A DNA stretch of 64,000 nucleotides from Pseudomonadota bacterium (GTDB lineage: Bacteria; Pseudomonadota; Alphaproteobacteria; UBA2136; JASBTF01): contig JASBTF010000001.1 in the NCBI GenBank assembly GCA_030148545.1, forward strand, positions 68,885 to 132,884. The letters run 5' to 3'. This document shows positions 59,549 through 64,000 of this stretch, one piece after another. Below the pieces are notes generated by a model. That model ran no database searches, was not told where the DNA came from, and saw nothing but the letters and a program-made list of their open reading frames with translations. Made by a program: the position numbers and the translations under genes. Position 1 is the first letter of the stretch. Every line of letters begins with the position of its first letter.

Positions 59549-59630
59549 ATACAGCACAGTGCATATGCCACAGTGATGTAGCAAATGCAAGAGTATTTGT
59601 TTTGCAAGAGTGAATGTGCTGAGATGAATT

Positions 59631-60188
59631 GTGCAAATTAATTTAGCTCCGTTGATTAATGCGTTGCCCGAGCCTTTGCGTAGCTGGGTAGCTGCATACC
59701 TGGCGCCGTGGAAGAAAGTTCGGCGTAAACCGTTTAACTGGATTGTGCTGGGTGTTTTTGTACCGCTGACTGTGATGCAGGTATGGTTAGGCCTACAGAT
59801 GATTGATAGTGCTGCGCATGGCAGTTTTTGTTGTTTGGAAGACTTAATGTTGGCAGGCGATACAGCCACGCCGCAAACTATGTTGGCCTTACAGCAGGAG
59901 GTAGTTGCGGTAACAAGCCCGTACCAGCCCGTACTCAGTTTTTTGAAAATAGCAAACTACATGTTGATGGTTGGGTTGTTGCCACTATTTTTAATGCGTT
60001 TACGGCATATGCAGTGGTCGCACCGCTGGGTGTGGGCCTTATATTTACCGTTGTTTAGTGAAATTTTAGCAATGGTAGGGGCACCGCTGCCGCTTGTGAT
60101 AGGTGTGGTGCTGGTGTTATTTAGTTTGGTGATATTTTTGCGGTTATGTACGCACCGTGGTGTGGAAAAGGAAGAAACATTGGTATGA
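59631..60188 (+). CDS. Hypothetical integral membrane protein
   Basis: Multiple TM helices. ATGA overlap with the next ORF. Confidence 0.4.
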   Translation: MQINLAPLINALPEPLRSWVAAYLAPWKKVRRKPFNWIVLGVFVPLTVMQVWLGLQMIDSAAHGSFCCLEDLMLAGDTATPQTMLALQQEVVAVTSPYQPVLSFLKIANYMLMVGLLPLFLMRLRHMQWSHRWVWALYLPLFSEILAMVGAPLPLVIGVVLVLFSLVIFLRLCTHRGVEKEETLV

Positions 60189-60598
60189 TTAAAACGTATT
60201 TAAATTGGCAACTACCTATGAACCGCATGGGCTTTGCTATTGCGATGGCAGCTTCGTTTGGGCTTACCTTGTTGGGTGTGTTGGTGTTTATTCCACCAGC
60301 AATGATGGAAGAACTTATGGCTGGTAGTGCTGAAGATGCGGCGAGTTTTCCTAAGCATTTGCAGGTGATTTTGTCTGTGCCGTGGTGGTTGTTGGTGCCG
60401 GCCTTTTACCGCCGTATGGTGGATTTGAAGTTGGCGAACCTCCGCGCAAATTGCCTGTTTATTTTTACACCATCGGTGCTGGAAGTTGTGTTGCCGCACA
60501 GTGTGGTCATGCAATTTTTAACGCCGCTTGCTGTGTGGGGATTTTTAACATTACTGCTTATGGTGGCGTTATTGTTTATGCCATCTCGACAGCAATAA
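60185..60598 (+). CDS. Hypothetical integral membrane protein
   Basis: Translationally coupled to the upstream ORF. Hydrophobic. Confidence 0.4.
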   Translation: MIKTYLNWQLPMNRMGFAIAMAASFGLTLLGVLVFIPPAMMEELMAGSAEDAASFPKHLQVILSVPWWLLVPAFYRRMVDLKLANLRANCLFIFTPSVLEVVLPHSVVMQFLTPLAVWGFLTLLLMVALLFMPSRQQ

Positions 60599-60619
60599 GT
60601 AATTACGTTACAAGGCGCT

Positions 60620-61333
60620 ATGTCTGATTCTATCTATCGTGCTCAAGGTTTAGTAATTACCATTGATGGTCCTGCCGCTGCAGGTAAAGGCACCTTGTGT
60701 AAGGCGCTGGCAAAGCATTACCGTATGAAATATTTAGATACAGGTACATTGTACCGCACGTTGGCGTACCAGCTTAAAACTCAAGGTTATGTAGCAGATG
60801 ATGCAGCGGCTGGCCAACGCATTGCCGCAACAATGGTTGATCATTACGATTTTCGCCATGTAGGTAACAACCAGTTTGGTGTGTTTTGGGATGATGAGGA
60901 CATTACGCACCATATTCGCTCAGAGAATATGGGTGGGTTGGCTTCTACCATTGCGCCTATTACCGAAGTGCGAGATGCGGTGGTTGCCTTTACACGTGAG
61001 TATGTGCAGCGCTGGCAAGCACGCACAGGTGTGGTGGTAGATGGGCAAGACGGCGGCACGGTGGTGTGCCCAGATGCTGCGGTGAAAATTTTTATTGATG
61101 CTTCGGCCGAAGAGCGTGCGCGCCGCCGACACTTAGACATGCAGGCACGTGGCCGTGATGATAGTTTTGAAGATATTTTGGCGGCGATTAAAGGGCGTGA
61201 CCAACGTGACCGGAATCGCCCGGTAGGACCACTGGTGGCTGCGGAAGATGCACTGGTGGTGGACACAACTCAGGTAGATGCAGCTGGTGTATTTGAGTTG
61301 GCGACCCAGCGTGTAGAGGCATCGTTTTCCTAA
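60620..61333 (+). CDS. cmk: Cytidylate kinase
   Basis: P-loop ITIDGPAAAGKGTL. NMP-binding region. Confidence 0.9.
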   Translation: MSDSIYRAQGLVITIDGPAAAGKGTLCKALAKHYRMKYLDTGTLYRTLAYQLKTQGYVADDAAAGQRIAATMVDHYDFRHVGNNQFGVFWDDEDITHHIRSENMGGLASTIAPITEVRDAVVAFTREYVQRWQARTGVVVDGQDGGTVVCPDAAVKIFIDASAEERARRRHLDMQARGRDDSFEDILAAIKGRDQRDRNRPVGPLVAAEDALVVDTTQVDAAGVFELATQRVEASFS

Positions 61334-61370
61334 ACTTGTTTAAACGCGTGGTTGTGGTTATGCTGCGATC

Positions 61371-62984
61371 ATGAAAAATATTTACCTCGTTTTGGTGGCG
61401 GTATTGCTGAGTGCCTGTGTGGCGCATAACCCAGCAACAGGGCGTAATGATTTTACACTCATTAGCGATAAAGAAGCTTATAACCGCGGACACCAAACCG
61501 CGGCAGAGGCTATTGCGGAGATTGGGCTGTACAAAGAACAGACAAAATTTACTGAATATTACCGTGACCTTGGTAAGCGCGCGGTAATGGTGAGTGAAAC
61601 ACCGGATATGCCGGTTGAGTTTATTCTGCTAGATACACCTGAATATAATGCATGGGCAACCCCAGGGTATGTGAATTTTAACCGTGGTATTTTACCGTTT
61701 TTTAACTCAGAAGCACAGTTTGTGACTGTATTGGGGCATGAGCTAGGCCACATTACAGCACGCCATACGCACCAGCGTTATACCAATGCGGTGTTGGCTC
61801 AGTTGGGTGTGGCTGCGGCTGGTATTTTGGTGGCAACGCAAACTGATAACCAAAGCACACAGCGCATTGCAGGCACGGTTGCAGCCGTGGCGGGTACTGT
61901 GGCGTTGGCAGGTTTTTCTCGCGCAGATGAAGCACAGGCCGATGGCTTGGCGCAGCGTTATATGAGCCGCATGGGCTATGACCCACGCTTGGCTGCAAGC
62001 ACGTTTGAGGGCATGCACTTGTTCCAAGAGCAGCATAAAAAAGTTTATGCGTTATTTAATAATGGTGAGGTACCTACTGAACCGCCGTTTTATCATTTTT
62101 TGTTGAGTCACCCTGAATCAGAGAAGCGTCGGGACCTAGCGCAAGAGCAAGCAGGTGCGTTGGATGATCCACCACCATTGGGGCAAAAGCATGAAGCTGA
62201 TTATAGCGCTACGCCAGCTGGTGACCCTGCGGGGCAAGCACGGTATTATAAACTGATTGATGGTGTGGCGTATGGTCCGCAACCAAAGTATGGTATTGCT
62301 GGTAAGGACTATATGTATTTTCCAGATCGGCGTTTTGCTTTTCCGCTACCTAAGGGCTATTACATGGATTTTCAGGGTGATAAAAAATTGGAAATGACGT
62401 GGCGTGGTATATCACCCGGAATTTCACAAACTATTGTGTATGGCGTGACAAAGGCAAAACGCAAAACAGATTCGGAGAGTTTTCTACGTTCTGCCTTTCC
62501 TAAGGCACGACAAATTGAAGATGTGCCATTAAACGATAACTTTGTGGCTACTACTGGGGTTAGAGAGGAGTATGCGGGTGGTATGTTTGGTAAAAAAGAG
62601 CTTAAGTACCTCCAGCGCATCGTGGTATTGCCCGCTACCTTAGATGCTGCTCCTGGGGATGATGTGGCAAAGTTTCATGTGCTAGGGTTTGAGGCACCAG
62701 CAGAGGTATTTGAGGAACGTGATAAAGAGTTTAAGCAATTGCTACGTCGTGCGCAGCGTTTGAGCAAAGCTAAAGCTGACCAGCTGCAACCGTTGCGGCT
62801 TAAAATCCATACGGTAAAGCGTGGGGAAACAGTGGCGAGTTTGAGCAAAAAAATGGCCTTTGGTGGATTACAGGAGGAGTGGTTACGTACGCTCAATCAG
62901 TTACCAGGTGGGCAAGAGGTTAAACCCGGCCAGCTGATTAAGTTGATTGTAGACCCCAACCGCGATTTACCATTCATTAAATAA
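61371..62984 (+). CDS. M48-family zinc metalloprotease lipoprotein with C-terminal LysM domain
   Basis: Lipobox LLSAC. HELGHITARH (HExxH). C-terminal LysM (HTVKRGETVASLSKK…). Confidence 0.8.
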   Translation: MKNIYLVLVAVLLSACVAHNPATGRNDFTLISDKEAYNRGHQTAAEAIAEIGLYKEQTKFTEYYRDLGKRAVMVSETPDMPVEFILLDTPEYNAWATPGYVNFNRGILPFFNSEAQFVTVLGHELGHITARHTHQRYTNAVLAQLGVAAAGILVATQTDNQSTQRIAGTVAAVAGTVALAGFSRADEAQADGLAQRYMSRMGYDPRLAASTFEGMHLFQEQHKKVYALFNNGEVPTEPPFYHFLLSHPESEKRRDLAQEQAGALDDPPPLGQKHEADYSATPAGDPAGQARYYKLIDGVAYGPQPKYGIAGKDYMYFPDRRFAFPLPKGYYMDFQGDKKLEMTWRGISPGISQTIVYGVTKAKRKTDSESFLRSAFPKARQIEDVPLNDNFVATTGVREEYAGGMFGKKELKYLQRIVVLPATLDAAPGDDVAKFHVLGFEAPAEVFEERDKEFKQLLRRAQRLSKAKADQLQPLRLKIHTVKRGETVASLSKKMAFGGLQEEWLRTLNQLPGGQEVKPGQLIKLIVDPNRDLPFIK

Positions 62985-63015
62985 AAAAAACCGCCACCCC
63001 ATTTGGGGCGGCGGC
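62983..63015. terminator. Bidirectional terminator
   Basis: An A-run, then CCGCCACCCCatttGGGGCGGCGG. Confidence 0.5.
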
Positions 63016-63025
63016 CGGTTGAATT

Positions 63026-63622
63026 TTAGCGAATACCAGTAAAACGTTCCAAACCATCTTTAATGATGTGGATGTACATGATGCGGGCATCTAGTGCTTG
63101 CACAAGGGGTGGTACTAGGCTGTAATCCCGATCAACAGCAGGTACGTTGTAGATACTGGCCAGCAAGGGTAGTAGTGTTGCAAACGTATTGAGCTTAAAT
63201 GGGTGCGCTGCATTTGTACCCATGTTGCCACCATTAATGGCAGTGCGTTGTACAGGTTGAACGCCACGGCATCGAGCGTAAGTTAGGTTGCATAGCTGCT
63301 CGCGGGCTACATTAAGGTCGCTTAAGAGTGGGTTTTCAGCGAAACTTTTTGGCGGTGTAATGCCCCAAACCATATTGCTGAGGTGGCAAATATCCGGCAG
63401 TGGCACGTGGCCGATATCCGGGTCGTTCAGTTTGGCCAACACGCCAGCAATACCACGTTGGTCTCCGTCGGCATTGGTGCCGTTGAGGAGTTTTTGGGCG
63501 TAGGTTTTGAGTTTTGGCTCAACACAAGAGTGAGGGCCGTTCAGATAGCTTGTGGTGAAGAGTGCGTCGCGCTGGTCATTAAAGCAACCAAACATGCAGG
63601 CACCATTGTTGTTCGGGTTCAT
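63026..63622 (-). CDS. Hypothetical protein (198 aa)
   Basis: ORF with a terminator downstream. No motif recognised. Confidence 0.4.
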   Translation of the reverse strand: MNPNNNGACMFGCFNDQRDALFTTSYLNGPHSCVEPKLKTYAQKLLNGTNADGDQRGIAGVLAKLNDPDIGHVPLPDICHLSNMVWGITPPKSFAENPLLSDLNVAREQLCNLTYARCRGVQPVQRTAINGGNMGTNAAHPFKLNTFATLLPLLASIYNVPAVDRDYSLVPPLVQALDARIMYIHIIKDGLERFTGIR

Positions 63623-63738
63623 GGGTTTGTCCTTTCAAGGATTAAAGAGGGCAGAGAGGTATTTGAGCCATGTGTACGCAATAAATGTGATTGACGCAAG
63701 GGCTTAGGCGCGTAACATGCTTGCATAACAATAATTGA

Positions 63739-64000
<262 letters not shown>

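Overview
This 64 kb window reads as a chromosomal segment from a moderate-GC proteobacterium, probably an alphaproteobacterium. Supporting this are AddAB (rather than RecBCD), a ~1600-aa NAD-glutamate dehydrogenase, an LDH-like malate dehydrogenase, a ybeY-corC-lnt operon and a DUF2125-like protein. Most of the window is housekeeping: uvrC, gyrB, xerC, ppa, sppA, addB/addA, fumC, nadE, nusA/rimP, trmB, metK, ybeY-corC-lnt, mutS, gdh, trpS, ugd, nth, sucD, kefB-like, cmk and mdh, plus three tRNAs (Ala-UGC, CAU, Ala-GGC). Several things look atypical. There are three families of small dispersed repeats: a ~125-bp MITE-like element with ~15-bp terminal inverted repeats whose three full copies each start at the TAA stop of a plus-strand gene; a 'cgtcattgcgag' palindromic element; and a ~85-bp GC-rich palindromic element. 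A ~700-bp ORF-free region upstream of mutS contains two tandem ~220-bp hairpin-rich units. A ~450-bp ORF-free region downstream of trpS ends in a plus-strand terminator. Small accessory gene modules are inserted between core genes: a nucleoside-2-deoxyribosyltransferase-like gene followed by a PhoH-like ATPase with a Lys-to-Arg Walker A; two paralogous CheY-like single-domain proteins downstream of two tiny membrane-protein genes; two paralogous 2-TM membrane proteins sharing a conserved palindromic 5' leader; and an orphan SdhB-like Fe-S protein carrying a histone-H1-like Lys/Ala tail. No CRISPR array, rRNA or obvious prophage was seen. All calls come from reading the sequence and the six-frame ORF track, with no database searches.
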